From NCBI RefSeq assembly GCF_011745625.1, contig NW_027191479.1:1-64000 (forward strand): 64,000 nt of DNA, given 5' to 3'. Positions 33,847-46,221 of the stretch are shown here, piece by piece (position 1 is the first letter of the stretch; the number at the start of each line of letters is the position of its first letter). Below the pieces are notes generated by a model. The model was not told where the DNA came from. It ran no database searches and saw nothing but the letters and a program-made list of their open reading frames with translations. The position numbers were made by a program, and so were the translations under genes. This DNA is from Cladosporium halotolerans (Eukaryota).

Positions 33847-34239
33847 AGTAGGAAATTAATGATGATGACGACGACGATGATGATTAGGGGAGGATGGATG
33901 GAGGAAGACGGAGGGGAAAAAAAGGCACAGCGTGGAGATCACGACGGAAACGGCTTTCATGACAAGACAAGACAACACAGGCATTAGATGTTGATGATAC
34001 CCACTTTTTTTCTTTTTAGTTAGAATATTATGATGGAGAGGGATAGATACTTGCCGGTATCATCGAAAAATGGGACTCTTCAGAGAGAGAACAGATTTTC
34101 ACTTTCCTTTTTCTTTTCGTGTCAATCGTGATGGATATGTGTTGTGCCTGCTAGTGTATTGTACGGGAGGGTTGGATCAGAGACTCACTGGGGGTGGCAC
34201 CGCTGCTTCTGGCTTTGGACATATTTGCTTTGCTTTGTT

Positions 34240-34374
34240 GAGTTGGGTTGGAGTGGAGTGGATTGGATTGGATTGAAAATTGAATTGGATTGAATTGAAT
34301 TGGAATTGAATTGGCTTGATCAGTTGGATTGCATTGCATTGATCAATTGGATTGCATTGCATTGGATTAGACTG

Positions 34375-34405
<31 letters not shown>

Positions 34406-34500
34406 AACGGATTGGTAGTGGATTGGTATGGGATTGACTGGTTGATTGACTGACGACTGGATGGCTTGGTTGGTTGGTTGGTTGGTTATTTATTTGATTG
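34240..34500. repeat. Compound simple-sequence repeat (GGATT/TGAAT/TTGCA/GATT/GGTT)
   Basis: Runs of ggatt, tgaat, ttgca, (gatt)n and (ggtt)n in the intergenic gap between convergent KAP123 and SNF2 genes. Confidence 0.9.
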
Positions 34501-34849
34501 TGTCCGGCTTCAGGTGCAGATCTCATAATTCTACAGTAGTGTGCTGGGCCGCTGGAGTGAGTGGAAGTGAGGTTAGGTCCGAGGTCTTCTGAGAGACAAC
34601 AATGCTTTGGCTAGGTAGCAACTGGATTTCGGTGTCTTCTGTCAGAAATGGGAACAGAATTGTGAGGGATGTCCAATCTTTCTTTTTTCTGAAATTCTAA
34701 TCTTGTTTTGAGGTATCATGCATGCATAAACAAGTGACCGGGAAAGTACATACGAAAGACAGAAGCCGAAAATCGAGAACAAAGAGACTCGTCGCGCATC
34801 TTGCCACCATCATCATCACCATCACCACCACCGCGTCATCTCACTTTGC

Positions 34850-37800
34850 TTACCACCTCCGCCCATAGACCGCATGCTCTGGCCTCCTTGCCACACCCTT
34901 CTTAGCACCAGCAGCACTCCTTTGGCCAGCCCTCTCCGGCGGCGTCGCAGACCTACTCTGGCTTACCTCCCCCCTGGTCCCACCATTCCCATCAAGCAAC
35001 TTCGCATCGCCACCAAACTTCTCCGCAAACGCCACGTCTTCCTCATCCGCACCGCCAACTGCATCCGCGTCTCGCCTGAAAAGCTGCAAGATGTCCTGCA
35101 TCGACAGCTTGCCAACTGCCTTGCCGCCCTCGATAGCCGCAGCAGCCAATTGGCGCTTCTTCTCCTGCAGCGCGAGGATCTTCTCCTCGACCGTGTTCCG
35201 AACCGTCAGTCTGAAAACCTTGACGTCCACAGGCTGGTTGAGGCGATGCACACGGTCGATGGCCTGCTCTTCGACGAACGGGTTCCAGAATGGCTCGACG
35301 ATGACGACGCGGCTGGCGGCCGTCAAGTTCAGACCGAGAGAGCCGCACTTCAGTGAGCAGAGAAGGACTCGCGTCTTAGGGTCGGTGCGCAGGGAGTTGA
35401 GGGAGGCTTCGCGGGCGTCTGGGCGCATGCTGCCATCGTATCGCACGAAGCCGATGGACGCGTGCCGGAGGTGGGGCTCGATGAGGTCGAGCATGCTGGT
35501 GAATTGCGAGAAGACGATTGTCTTGTGCTGCGGGGTTTCGGCGTGCAGGATGCGGAGGAGGTGGCGGATCTTGGTGCTAGGTTTGTGAGAAGGTTTGTGC
35601 GAGGGGGCAAGATTGGAGATGAGGGATTCGTTGTTGTCGGATTCGCCTTCTGAATCTTCTTCAGAACCGGACCCAGACTGCTCGTCGTCTGTGTTGGAGT
35701 CGATCGAACCTAGGGTATCGCCGCCGCCTTCGGCATCTTCATCATCTGTGCCGCCGGCTTTGCCCAGGTCGATCTGTTGTTCCGATCCCTCGCCAATCCA
35801 CTCGCCTTCTTCCTCGTCTTCGCTGTCGTCGAGGACTCGGCGGTTGCGGACAGTTCGTGCTGTCCTGCTCTGGCTTGACCTAACTTCTTTGACGACAGGC
35901 TTCTTTCCCTTCTTCGCTGACTTCTTGGATTTCTTCTGGGCCTTCTCCTTGGATCTCAAATTATTGAGATCAGCTTCGCATTCAGCGCATCGTACCGCAC
36001 CATCCTTGGCTTCACCACTGGAAAGCTCGATTTGACAAACATCGCAATTCCTAGTTTGCACGGTGACACCGCCCATGAGCGACGCCAGGTCGTCCATCTC
36101 GTCAGTCTCCACCTTGCTGTTTTTCCGCGGGGTCTGCGTGCCAGACTGTGGTTGACTACTACCGAGGCTCATAGCATCCTTGTCTTTGTTCATGGCCATC
36201 TCGATGAGATGCGGGTGATTGCATGCTTGTCTCAGTCTGAGCAGGATAACGAGCGCGCCAATGTAGTCAGTCTTGCCCGTCTCCATAAGATCCTTCAGTC
36301 GGTTCTCAGCCCTAGCCTGAAGCCTGTCATAGAACTCCAGCTCAGTTTGGTCAAAGTCGCATTCCATAGTAAAGACTTCACGCTTGACGATCTGCATGCC
36401 CCCCTTCTTTGGCTCACCCTCCTTGTCAGCCTTGCCTCCGAAGTTCAGAGCACCTTCCTTCTTCAGGATGTCCTTGGTGCGCCGTTTCATAAACGCTTTG
36501 AGGAAGTATTGCAACCTCCTCATAGCAACACCACCACGACCATTCTTCATCGGCTGGGTGATGGCGGTCTTCCATTCCGGAAGGTTACAGTATGGCTTGA
36601 CTCGGAGAAATTTGATGAGACTCTGCAGCTCGTCGAGGTTGTTTTGCATGGGAGTGCCAGTGAGGCACCAGCGATACCAGCTCTCAAGCGCACAGCAGGC
36701 AAGTGTTGATTTTGCATTGCGGTTCTTGATTGTGTGGGCTTCGTCAAGGATCATGCGGTACCAGTGTACGCCAAAGCAGCCAACTCTTGCGCCATCCGGC
36801 TTCTCCATGTTTGATCCAGCATGCTCGGATGCCAGAATTTGGTAGGTGGTGACGACCACATCGTATTTCTTGAGCTCTGCGGCTGATTTTGTCCTGCTTG
36901 GTCCATGGTGAACAAGAACCTTCAAGGTATGACTCTTCATCACTTTGCTCTTGATTTCGCCTTCCCACTGTTTGATGAGAGCGAGCGGAGCCACGACCAG
37001 CGTGCCTTTGCCCACCTCCTTTCCAGGTAGCTTCTGCTTGGCATGCTCTGGCTTTGCGTCTGGACCAGGTCTAGGGTTGGTAAGCATGAGAGCTACCGAC
37101 TGTACAGTCTTCCCAAGACCCATGTCGTCTGCCAGAATACCTCCATGTGGTAGAACGCCGCTCTTTTTCCGCTGCCCGATCTCCTTATCGATCATCCAGC
37201 CTACACCGTCGACTTGGTGTGGCAACAACTTGACCGTAAGTCCCTCGACTGTGCCATCTTCCTCTTCTTCTTCCTCCGCTTCCGCCTCGGGTTTCTTCTT
37301 TTCTTTCTCGTCCTCCTTGTCTTTCACATCCAAAGCCGCAAGCTTGTCCGCCAAACTCTGCGCCTGCTTGTCCGCCTTATCTTTCTCCTCTTTGGCCGCC
37401 TTCTTCGCACGACTTCGGAGACGCGTCTTAGACCGATCATCCTCGTCGTCGAACGCGCCCTCAAGCAAATTCTTGATATTCTCATTCGCTTGCCCAGATT
37501 CCATGTACATGTACGGATCCGACGCGCCAAAAGCTCTACTGTCGGCTCTGATTGCAGAGTCCGGGTCGAACTCGTCATCATTGCTCTTCGTCAAATCAAT
37601 CACAGGCCTGTTAGGCCGCGGAGCGGCAGTTTGGTAGTATGTGTTTGTTCCGAGGGAGGAGAACACCGGTCGTGCTGCCGGAGGGATAGTTGGCGGTCTC
37701 GGCGCTTGGCTGGGCATGTAAAATCCTCGCTGCTCTGGAGGGATGAATGGAGGTTGGACCATGGCGTTCGGCCCGCTCTGCTGTGCTGGTACATGGTATC

Positions 37801-38083
37801 GACTCGAATGCGACTCGGGCGGTCTCTGCGCGACCGGCTTGGATCTCGGTACGAAAGGATCTACTGGTGCTTTCCTAAGCGGGTTACGAATCGGACTAGC
37901 CTTGCCGAACTCAGGTTGTGTAGGCGGCTTGAAGTGAGGTCCGTCTGCCGGTTTTTGTGGTGTGCTGGTGGGGGAGTTCGACATCTTTGCGCTGATATTG
38001 GCGAGCGGTTGACGGTCCTGGCGCTGGGACGATATGGATGCAGCGCCCGCGGACGTATCTGAAGGCTTGCGCTCTGAAACCAT
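34850..38083 (-). CDS. SNF2-family helicase/ATPase (Rad5/Rad16/Uls1/TTF2-like group), ~1077 aa, single exon
   Basis: GGILADDMGLGKT, WYRMILDEAHTIKN, RWCLTGTPMQN, LLRLRQACNHP, degenerate CxxC..CxxC insert, IVFSQFTSMLD, SLKCGSLGLNLTAASRV, EEQAIDRVHRLNQ. Start placed at MVSERK (38083). Confidence 0.93.
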   Translation of the reverse strand: MVSERKPSDTSAGAASISSQRQDRQPLANISAKMSNSPTSTPQKPADGPHFKPPTQPEFGKASPIRNPLRKAPVDPFVPRSKPVAQRPPESHSSRYHVPAQQSGPNAMVQPPFIPPEQRGFYMPSQAPRPPTIPPAARPVFSSLGTNTYYQTAAPRPNRPVIDLTKSNDDEFDPDSAIRADSRAFGASDPYMYMESGQANENIKNLLEGAFDDEDDRSKTRLRSRAKKAAKEEKDKADKQAQSLADKLAALDVKDKEDEKEKKKPEAEAEEEEEEDGTVEGLTVKLLPHQVDGVGWMIDKEIGQRKKSGVLPHGGILADDMGLGKTVQSVALMLTNPRPGPDAKPEHAKQKLPGKEVGKGTLVVAPLALIKQWEGEIKSKVMKSHTLKVLVHHGPSRTKSAAELKKYDVVVTTYQILASEHAGSNMEKPDGARVGCFGVHWYRMILDEAHTIKNRNAKSTLACCALESWYRWCLTGTPMQNNLDELQSLIKFLRVKPYCNLPEWKTAITQPMKNGRGGVAMRRLQYFLKAFMKRRTKDILKKEGALNFGGKADKEGEPKKGGMQIVKREVFTMECDFDQTELEFYDRLQARAENRLKDLMETGKTDYIGALVILLRLRQACNHPHLIEMAMNKDKDAMSLGSSQPQSGTQTPRKNSKVETDEMDDLASLMGGVTVQTRNCDVCQIELSSGEAKDGAVRCAECEADLNNLRSKEKAQKKSKKSAKKGKKPVVKEVRSSQSRTARTVRNRRVLDDSEDEEEGEWIGEGSEQQIDLGKAGGTDDEDAEGGGDTLGSIDSNTDDEQSGSGSEEDSEGESDNNESLISNLAPSHKPSHKPSTKIRHLLRILHAETPQHKTIVFSQFTSMLDLIEPHLRHASIGFVRYDGSMRPDAREASLNSLRTDPKTRVLLCSLKCGSLGLNLTAASRVVIVEPFWNPFVEEQAIDRVHRLNQPVDVKVFRLTVRNTVEEKILALQEKKRQLAAAAIEGGKAVGKLSMQDILQLFRRDADAVGGADEEDVAFAEKFGGDAKLLDGNGGTRGEVSQSRSATPPERAGQRSAAGAKKGVARRPEHAVYGRRW

Positions 38084-39331
38084 GGCGATGTCAGTGCGGT
38101 TGTCGCGGCCTGGAGTCTGGCGTCCCGCAGCCGAGAAGTGCTTGACGCCCAAATAAACATCCGTCACGCGGGAGATAATCGGGCAGGTGGTCTGTGCGTA
38201 CAGAGACCCTGCGCAGACTGCACGGCAGAAAACGGGCGTTAAAGATGACGCAGCAGCATACAAAATATGTCCTGGAACGAATACATTGCTACGGATAGTC
38301 CTGAAAATGACTCTCTTATGATATCTCGAGGTCGATTGCCATACAATTAAGTTGAACACTATACATTTCAACAACGAGAACAACTCACGCAAAGTCATTA
38401 TCCTCTTGAGGTTGCTTGGTATCACATGCTGAGTAGAAAACATTAGGATGAGCTTTTGTGATTGCAGGACACACATTTATACAGTTTGGAAGACCGTGAA
38501 TGAAAACAGTCTCACGAAGTTACGCGATTTTTAGGCCTATCTCGCCGTGCTTGCGGTAAAATTCGAGAGATTTTTTCTTAATCGATAGTCGATGGTGACA
38601 GACAGATTTCGCTCTACGGTCGGATTGGAACGAAGAATGATCCCGACCTCGACGGACATATTACTACTGATGTGCCTGATCAAATCCCTTGTTCTGGATC
38701 AAAATCGTGCCCGCAGCGAAAGGCCATGAGTAATAAGCATATAAGGGAGACGGTTTTCGTCTCCAACCAGCAAAGTCCACGATGCAAAAGTACGTCAAGC
38801 AATGCTTGAGTCCGGCATCAGCAACAGAGGCCGCGCGCGTAAGAGCTGACTGGCCGGAAGACCTTTATTTCCTTGAATGACACAAGTCAAGAAGCAACAT
38901 TACGAGTCCTTGCGCGAGCGTCCATTTGCATCCACTTTCGCCAGAGTCAAACTTCGTTGTTGGTTGTTGACGGAAAGTCGGCAGCGGTCAACAGCGCTGC
39001 GCTGCGTCAGCGCGCTGATCAACCCAACCACCAAGGACCGCCACGCCAGCCGAGCCGTTCGCCAACACTTAATACAAGTCGAGCCCAAAGACTTTACTAA
39101 AAGCAGAGTCGTTCATCTCAAGCCCACAAGGAAGGCCCCAGCAAACGCGTGGCCGTTGTGGCTGTAACTTAGTCTCCAAGCCCTGGGCGGTCAACTATTC
39201 CGTTGCCCTGCGCAACCGGCTACAAACAGCCGGACACTCGACATTCCACGACCTCGACCGCCCGCCCGGTGATTGCAAGCATTCCGGATGACCGCATAGG
39301 CGTGGTAGAGAGAAGATTCTCACGGACAAAT

Positions 39332-41632
39332 ATGCCCGCGCAATCAGAGTACTCGCGGGACCCGCGCGAATCGCCCCGGCGACAGAGGAAGCGCAGAACA
39401 CACCAGCGCATCGACAGCAATGGAGACCCGCCGCCGCGCAGACACAGGGAACGAGATGACGAGGAGCATGAGGCTGCTAGGAGGGAGCGAAGGCGGCGAG
39501 AGAGGAGACATGAGGCTTCTGGCTCGGAGAACAGCAAGAGCCAGAGCACCGCCTTATCTTCTGCCCAGCTAGCGGCGCTGGATCGGGCGAATCAAAGGAA
39601 TCCTTACGACGAGTACGAGACGTACACCAGACAAGCTCCTAGGGAAGAAAGCCGGAGGCGATCAGGGTACGACAGAGACCAGGAACGAGAGCAGCGCAGA
39701 GAGGAGGAGCGCGAGCGAAGACGACAAGAGCACAAGGAACGGAGACGACGTCGAAGGGAGGAAGAGAAGGCTGCAGACTACGACGAGGCGGATGGTTTGG
39801 TTTATGACCGTCGAAGGTCTCGGCGTGCGGAGACGGAAGGTGGAAGAAGGGTTGTGAGTGGGCATGCTTTGGAGAGAGGCAGAGACAGCCAGTACGAAGA
39901 GAAGCCTTTCTACGAGGAGAACGTGAGATTGCGAGGCGGAGCTAGTGACTCCTCGGAATATGACCCAGAGAAAGCAAGGAAGAAGAAAAAGTGGAAAAAG
40001 ATCTTAATCGGAGTCGGCATTGTCATTCTTATCCTGGCAATTGCTATCCCTGTGGGAGTGGTAGTGAGCGGGAAGAACTCGTCTTCAAGTGACGACAACA
40101 GCGGGAGCAGCCCTTCATCCGACTCCAATGCACCCGCGAACAGTAATCTCGATGGTGTATCGGAAGATGAAATCCCCGCGAGCGCCAAAGGAACAGAGCT
40201 TGATCCTTTCTCTTGGTACGATACTTACGATTTCAACGTCACATACACCGATGAGACCGTGGGCGGCTTGCCTATCATGGGCTTGAACTCTACTTGGGAC
40301 GACTCGACACGGTGTAACGACAACGTTCCTCCACTCGACAAGAAATTCGAGTACGGCACAATGCCAGTACGTGGAGTTAACCTGGGAGGGTGGCTCAGCA
40401 TTGAACCATGGATAACACCCTCGTTCTTCAGCAGCTACAGCAGCCGTGACGGCGTCGTCGATGAATGGACATTGACCGAGACGCTGGGCTCGACGCGAGC
40501 GAAGTCCAAATTGGAGGAGCATTACTCCAGTTTCATATCGGAGCAGGACCTCATCGATATTCAAGCTGCTGGAATGGATCACGTCCGCATTCCCTACTCC
40601 TACTGGGCTGTCACGACGTACGACGGAGATCCTTACGTAGCCAAAGTCAGCTGGCGCTACTTGCTACGAGCAATCGAGTGGTGCCGCAAGCACGGCCTGC
40701 GCGTCAACCTCGATATGCATGGAGCGCCTGGCTCGCAGAACGGATGGAATCACAGTGGACGACAGGGTGAAGCTCGCTGGTTGAACGGGACAGACGGCGC
40801 CACCAACGGCCAACGCACCATCGACCTCCACAAGCAGATCGCTACCTTCTTCTCTCAACCTCGCTATAAAAACCTCGTCACCATGTACGGCCTCGTGAAT
40901 GAGCCGCGCATGGTCGAGCTCGATCCCGACACGGTCATCGACTGGACGAGCAAAGCAGTCGACGCCATACAGGCCAGCGGCTTCGAAGGCGTTATCATCT
41001 TCGGCGATGGCTTCATGGGCCTCGACAACTGGCAAGGCAAACTGCAGGACAAAAAGAACCTCCTCCTCGACGTGCACCAGTACGTGATCTTCAACGTCGA
41101 CCAGATCGTACTCACGCACCACGACAAAATCAACTTCGCCTGCGGCGGCTGGACGAAACAAGCTCTCCGCTCGCAGAACAAGCAAACCGGCTTCGGCCCC
41201 ACGCTCTGCGGCGAATGGTCGCAAGCCGACACCGACTGCACGCAGTACCTGAACAACGTGGGCGTTGGCTCGCGCTGGGAAGGCACGCTGAACATGATCT
41301 CGACGCCCGGCGGCAGCGCCAGCGGCAGCGTGCTGACGCCCACGTGCCCGACGGACAACAACCCGCGGTGCTCGTGCGAGGGCGCGAACGCGGACCCGGC
41401 CGACTACAGCGCGGGCTACAAGCATTTCCTGCAGATGTTCGCGGAGGCGCAGATGCACTCGTTCGAGCAGGGTTGGGGCTGGTTCTACTGGACGTGGAAG
41501 AACGAGAACGCGCCGCAGTGGAGCTACCAGGCGGGTCTAAAGGCGGGCATGTTGCCCGAGAAGGCGTACCAGAGGGACTTCAATTGCAGCTCGGATATTC
41601 CGGCGTTTGACGATTTGCCGGAGTTTTATTAG
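39332..41632 (+). CDS. exgD: GH5 glucan 1,3-beta-glucosidase, type II membrane-anchored (ExgD/Exg2-like), ~766 aa
   Basis: Charged cytoplasmic N-terminus, one TM segment (ILIGVGIVILILAIAIPVGVVV), then RGVNLGGWLSIEPWITPS, DHVRIPYSYW, HGAPGSQNGWNHSG, acid/base VNEP, nucleophile CGEWS, GWFYWTWK. Confidence 0.92.
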   Translation: MPAQSEYSRDPRESPRRQRKRRTHQRIDSNGDPPPRRHRERDDEEHEAARRERRRRERRHEASGSENSKSQSTALSSAQLAALDRANQRNPYDEYETYTRQAPREESRRRSGYDRDQEREQRREEERERRRQEHKERRRRRREEEKAADYDEADGLVYDRRRSRRAETEGGRRVVSGHALERGRDSQYEEKPFYEENVRLRGGASDSSEYDPEKARKKKKWKKILIGVGIVILILAIAIPVGVVVSGKNSSSSDDNSGSSPSSDSNAPANSNLDGVSEDEIPASAKGTELDPFSWYDTYDFNVTYTDETVGGLPIMGLNSTWDDSTRCNDNVPPLDKKFEYGTMPVRGVNLGGWLSIEPWITPSFFSSYSSRDGVVDEWTLTETLGSTRAKSKLEEHYSSFISEQDLIDIQAAGMDHVRIPYSYWAVTTYDGDPYVAKVSWRYLLRAIEWCRKHGLRVNLDMHGAPGSQNGWNHSGRQGEARWLNGTDGATNGQRTIDLHKQIATFFSQPRYKNLVTMYGLVNEPRMVELDPDTVIDWTSKAVDAIQASGFEGVIIFGDGFMGLDNWQGKLQDKKNLLLDVHQYVIFNVDQIVLTHHDKINFACGGWTKQALRSQNKQTGFGPTLCGEWSQADTDCTQYLNNVGVGSRWEGTLNMISTPGGSASGSVLTPTCPTDNNPRCSCEGANADPADYSAGYKHFLQMFAEAQMHSFEQGWGWFYWTWKNENAPQWSYQAGLKAGMLPEKAYQRDFNCSSDIPAFDDLPEFY

Positions 41633-42094
41633 GGTTGGTCAGGGTGATTGGGCGTTTTTGATTTCGGTGGACACCTGCGGTACAGAACGCATGCATTGGA
41701 CGCAAGGGATGAAAGCATAGATGTGTCGATGAAGGGCTGCGTGTATGAGCGATATACCCAGGATACTTAATTCAAGGGAGACCTTCCGGGATCTTAATTC
41801 AAGCTGTGTACCTCATGATGGACGGTTGGCAGAGTTTGAAATCGCCGCTAATGGCTGCATCGGCGCTGCATAGTAGATGCTTAGGTCGTCTTGTCATCAC
41901 GTGGTAGCTGAGCTGGTTGAAGTAATATGGTGGTTTCATTCGTGACGGTGCTTTCTACTTCTTCCTCAGCGCTATTACTCGCTGGTCTAGTGTCTCGAGT
42001 GATTTGTTGTATCACGGGCCCCACGCGCCATCCAATGCATCAGCCATCATGTCCGTAATCTTCGTTGTGCCAGCTATCTTCTGATTGATGCGAT

Positions 42095-44111
42095 CTACTT
42101 GTGGGCTGTACATTGTTAGCATGCGTAGAAGCGAAATGGTGTTCATCACGAGGTAAACTTACTAACGCCCTCGACGGGGACGGGGGTCACGTCTGTGACC
42201 TCAGCGGCCTTCGGCTTCGGCGCGTTGTTGTCGTCCTTCATCATGGGGAAAGTGAGTGCCTCCTTGATGCTGTAGTTGTCGGTAAGGAACATGACCATGC
42301 GGTCAATGCCCATGCCCCAGCCACCAGTAGGCGGAAGACCGTATTCCATGGCAGTCAGGAAAGCCTCGTCCATGACCTGGGCCTCGTCGTCACCCTGGGC
42401 CTTCTGGGCGGCCTGCTCCTCGAAACGCAGACGCTGGTCGAAGGGGTCGTTCAACTCGGTGTATGCGTTGACAATCTCCTTCTTGCAGACGAAAGCCTCG
42501 AAGCGCTCGCACAGGCCCTTGTTCTTGCGGTCGTACTTGGCCAGAGGAGACATGATCTCGGGGTGGCCTGTGATAAAGGTCGGGTTGATGCACTTCTCCT
42601 CGATGAACTCACCGACCATGGTGTCGAGCATGCGGGCGTTGGTGAGGGGCGGGGTGCACTCGAGGCCAGTCTTCTTGAGCATGCGCTGCAGGAACTCGTT
42701 GAATTCCTGAGTGTGCATTTGGTCGCCAGGCGGGAACTTCTCGCCGCAGGCCTCCTCGAGCGCGGGAATCATCTCGATACGCTTCCAGGGCTTGGCCCAG
42801 TTGACATCGTAGACCTCGCCGCTCTGAGTGTGGAACTGGGTCTGCAGGCTACCGCAGACGGTCTTGACGAGACCCTCAACGAGATCCTCGGTGCGGTTCA
42901 TGACATCGTAAACATCGGCGAAAGCCTCGTAGTACTCGCAGGTGGTGAACTCGGGGTTGTGAGTGAGGTCAATGCCTTCGTTACGGAAAATGCGGCCGAG
43001 CTCGTAGACTCTGTGAATACCACCAACGATGAGCTGCTTGAGGGGAAGCTCAGTGGCGATACGGAGGGCGAGGGTCATGTTGAGGTCGTTGTGGTGAGTG
43101 AAGAAAGGCTTAGCAGTGGCACCGCCAGCGTTCTTCATAAGCACAGGGGTCTCGACCTCGTAGAAGCCGTTGTTGTCGAAGTAGTTGCGGATGTAGCGTA
43201 CGATCTGAGAGCGCTTGATGAAGGTGTCTCTGGTGCGCTTGTTCATGATCAGGTCAAGGTGACGGTTCCTGTGTCTCTCCTCCTTGTCCTTGAAGCCGTA
43301 GTGCTCGGAAGGAATCTGGTGCAGGCAGGGCGCGAGCAGGGTGGTCTCCTGTGCGAAAATGGAGAGCTCGCCGGGGTTGCTCTCCTTGCTGGGGTTGGTC
43401 TTTCCAGGGAAACCCTTGACACCAATGATGTCGCCTCTTCTAAGCTCCTCGTGCTGCACGCTGAAAGGCATGCTGGAGGTGTTCTCGTGGTTGGTGGCCA
43501 TGATCTGGCAGTCGGCGCCGTCGCAAGAAACCTCGTAGAAACGGAGGTTCTCGCCCGATGTGCGGATGTTGTAGATACGGCAAGCAATGCTAACCTCCTT
43601 ATCTCTGACGAGCTCACCCTTCTTGAGGTGGCCATATTCCTTCTCAAGGTTACGGAGATCGTAGGTGACATGGAACTTGTGAGGGTACGGCGAGAAAGGC
43701 TCGTGGGTGTCCTTGAGCTGCTTGATCTTGCGGCTGCGGATCTCGAAGTATTGCTGTGCCCTGTCAGTATTGCAACAGGTATGCGCAAATTGCGCATCTC
43801 TCTACACCCGTTTGCTGCAAACTCACGTTCGGGTTCAGGTTGGCCTCCTCGTCGGCGGCAGCCTTCTTCTTGGGAGGAGGCGGCGCCTGCCTGGTGGCGT
43901 CCTTCTTGGCCTTCTCAATATCCTTCTGCCTCTGCTTCTGCCTCTTCTTCAGCTCGCTCTTGCTGACATATTCGCCAGTGACCTCGTCGAGCAGGGTCTG
44001 GGGCTTGGTCTCGTTGGTGGTGTTGCTGTCTCCGACGGTGGTTTCCTGGAGCTTGTCGGCGACCTGCTGGACACCGTCCTTGACGGCGTCGACAACGCCT
44101 TGGGCAGACAT
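42095..44111 (-). CDS. KRS1: Cytosolic lysyl-tRNA synthetase, ~628 aa, 3 exons
   Basis: Exons 44111-43827, 43753-42163, 42105-42095. Spliced NLNPNQYFEIRSR, PYPHKFHV, GGATAKPFFTHHN, LRIATELPLKQL, FRNEGIDLTHNPEFT, YGLPPTGGWGMGIDR, ending EGVTHK*. Confidence 0.97.
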
Positions 44112-44751
44112 GATGCGCACTCTCCGTGAATGTGTTCGAGGGTGCAGGCAAAAGTCAATGAACGGTGACGAGACTTACTATATATGTGAGGGGCATGTGA
44201 GTCGACGCTCTAGGACGGAATTTCAATGCGCGAAATCTTATCTTAGCGCGGGGTCAAACTCTCTCCAACCTGGAGATCGACATCCTCATTGCGGTCACAC
44301 GAACGATGCCAAGTGCAATGACTCTTCGAACATGCAACATTCTCTCATCAATAAATGACTGAGTGTAGAGTATTTTGGTTGCGAAACGCGAATGAACCTC
44401 ACTGCCATTGATCCTACCGTGGCATTGCACAGAACCTGGAGCAGTTGAGTCACTCGATGTTGCAGTCAACGACTGATGACTGCATCAACGAAGCGTACTT
44501 AGTCCGCCACTCGGACCTTAAGTGGTAATACAGTGAGCCAGCACGGGAGCGTGATATCAGCGATATTGATCATGAATCCTGGTATACATACGCCTTAAGT
44601 CCCATTTGAGCTACCGTAACGCCTGGCGGGACCTTCGCCTTGCTAAAAACGCTTCAATGCTCTGGAGAGCAGATAAAATCTTGCAGCCATCACTCCTCGC
44701 TTAGCCAGTCCAACAGAAGTCGGGTCATGGAGGCCTCATCTGACCAAGCTC

Positions 44752-45667
44752 CTACTCGGCTATCGACGAATCCTCATTCTTAGCGAAGACCCTAAGCAAG
44801 GTGTCAACTGTTAAAGCGCCTAAAGTAAAAGAAGATTCAGCTTAGTGCTAGTGGACCTAGCAAGCCGGTAATTACTCACAAGTGGTTCTCGTAGTACGTC
44901 AACAATGCCTGAGGGCACTTTGTCCGCAACGTCTTCATGGGGTGCTTCGTCTTCCTGTCTTCGTTCCACTGGATGAAACCCATGAGGACCTTGATAGTCT
45001 TCCCGGGCTTGTTGCTGTCGGGCTCCTCTTCCTCGACGATGCTCATCACGTGGGAAACGTCACTTTCCCAGCTCCCTTTTGGCAAGGTGAAGAATCCTTG
45101 CTCTGGCTCCGTGCCGTTCGTTTGACTCTTCCGGCCGCGCTTCTTCGCTACAGTCACAGCAGTCGATTCGACGGATTCGGCGGCGGTTCGCTTCTTGGCT
45201 CCACCCTTCTTCTTCGACGCTGGTGGCTCGGGTGGGCCGCCAATGCTGTCATGGTAATCTTGAACCTTCTCCGGCGCGGTCTCACTGTATGCTGCGTCAG
45301 CTATGCAGTAGCCTCAACGCCCGCGACCGTGCCTTACAGGTTTCCAGCTGGTTCCCAAGTCATGTCCGATTCGTCCTCGTAGCCCAGCCACTTCACTTTG
45401 TACTTGACGGCTCCTCGCTCAAAGGCGTGGTCGACGATTCTGTCAACCGAGTACTCGTCCTCGCCCTCCTCATCGCTGCCTTCGTCTTGCTCATCCTCGG
45501 ATTCATCCTTTACGGGCTGTTTGCTCTTCGAGGCTTTGGCGGGAATGGACTCTGGGACATCGACACCGTCGGAGATGGACTCCTCGTCACTGATCGCGGC
45601 TGCTATTTTCTTAGCCATTGAATGCGTCGAGATTGTTCAAATGTAGAACGAGTCACTCACGGGGCAT
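44752..45667 (-). CDS. HP1: Heterochromatin protein 1 (chromo + chromoshadow domain), ~238 aa, 4 exons
   Basis: Exons 45667-45661, 45602-45338, 45284-44880, 44791-44752. Chromodomain EYSVDRIVDH..YKVKWLGYEDESDMTWEPAGNL; chromoshadow PKGSWESDV..KCPQALLTYYENHLVF. Confidence 0.9.
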
Positions 45668-46221
45668 GGTTGTCGTTTGCGACTGGGTTTCGCGCGTGAA
45701 GATCCGTGAGCGCGTGAATGCGCCGAGGCGGATAGTAGCAGGCGCGTCACGTGCACGCGGCTTGTGACTAGCGATTAATGACCGTGCAAAGCCCAGCTGA
45801 GTGATGTCGCAAAAATGATGTTGGACGAATTGACGGCTGCGAGTCCAAGTCAGGTCAACTGCCCAGTGTTCAACCGGCGCTCACAGCAAAAGAGCTCTCC
45901 GCGTCGGCGTCGGCTGCAGAGCGCGTGGAGGTGGCCCGTGCAAATTGAGGGACGCGACCTTGGATTTTGGAGGGGAGAGCAGCACAGCAGGTGTTCCGAG
46001 CAGAAACTGAGAAGCCAGTCGCCCGCAGCGAAACACCGCCTGCCCGCAATATTGTTGTCGCTTGAGCAATATCCTGGACAAACAACAACTGCCGACTTAG
46101 CGGTTGACCGAAAATACCGGAAGATACCTTCAACGCCTGGATTGAGCGTTGGGATTCCGGTGAGAGAAAGGACATCAAATCAGAAATAGGCTGCCTCTGG
46201 TAGTCAACGAAAGGAGTCAAC

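Noticed and set aside
38084..38476. 131-aa N-terminal extension of the SNF2 ORF
   Set aside because: Largely AT-richer promoter-like sequence with a non-protein-like translation; ATG 38083 has a good GCCATGG context.
42101..43966. 621-aa plus-strand ORF
   Set aside because: Antisense shadow of KRS1, caused by codon bias.
45598..45605. NAGNAG acceptor (TAGCAG) in HP1 intron 1
   Set aside because: It would change only one residue in a disordered N-terminus; common and probably neutral.
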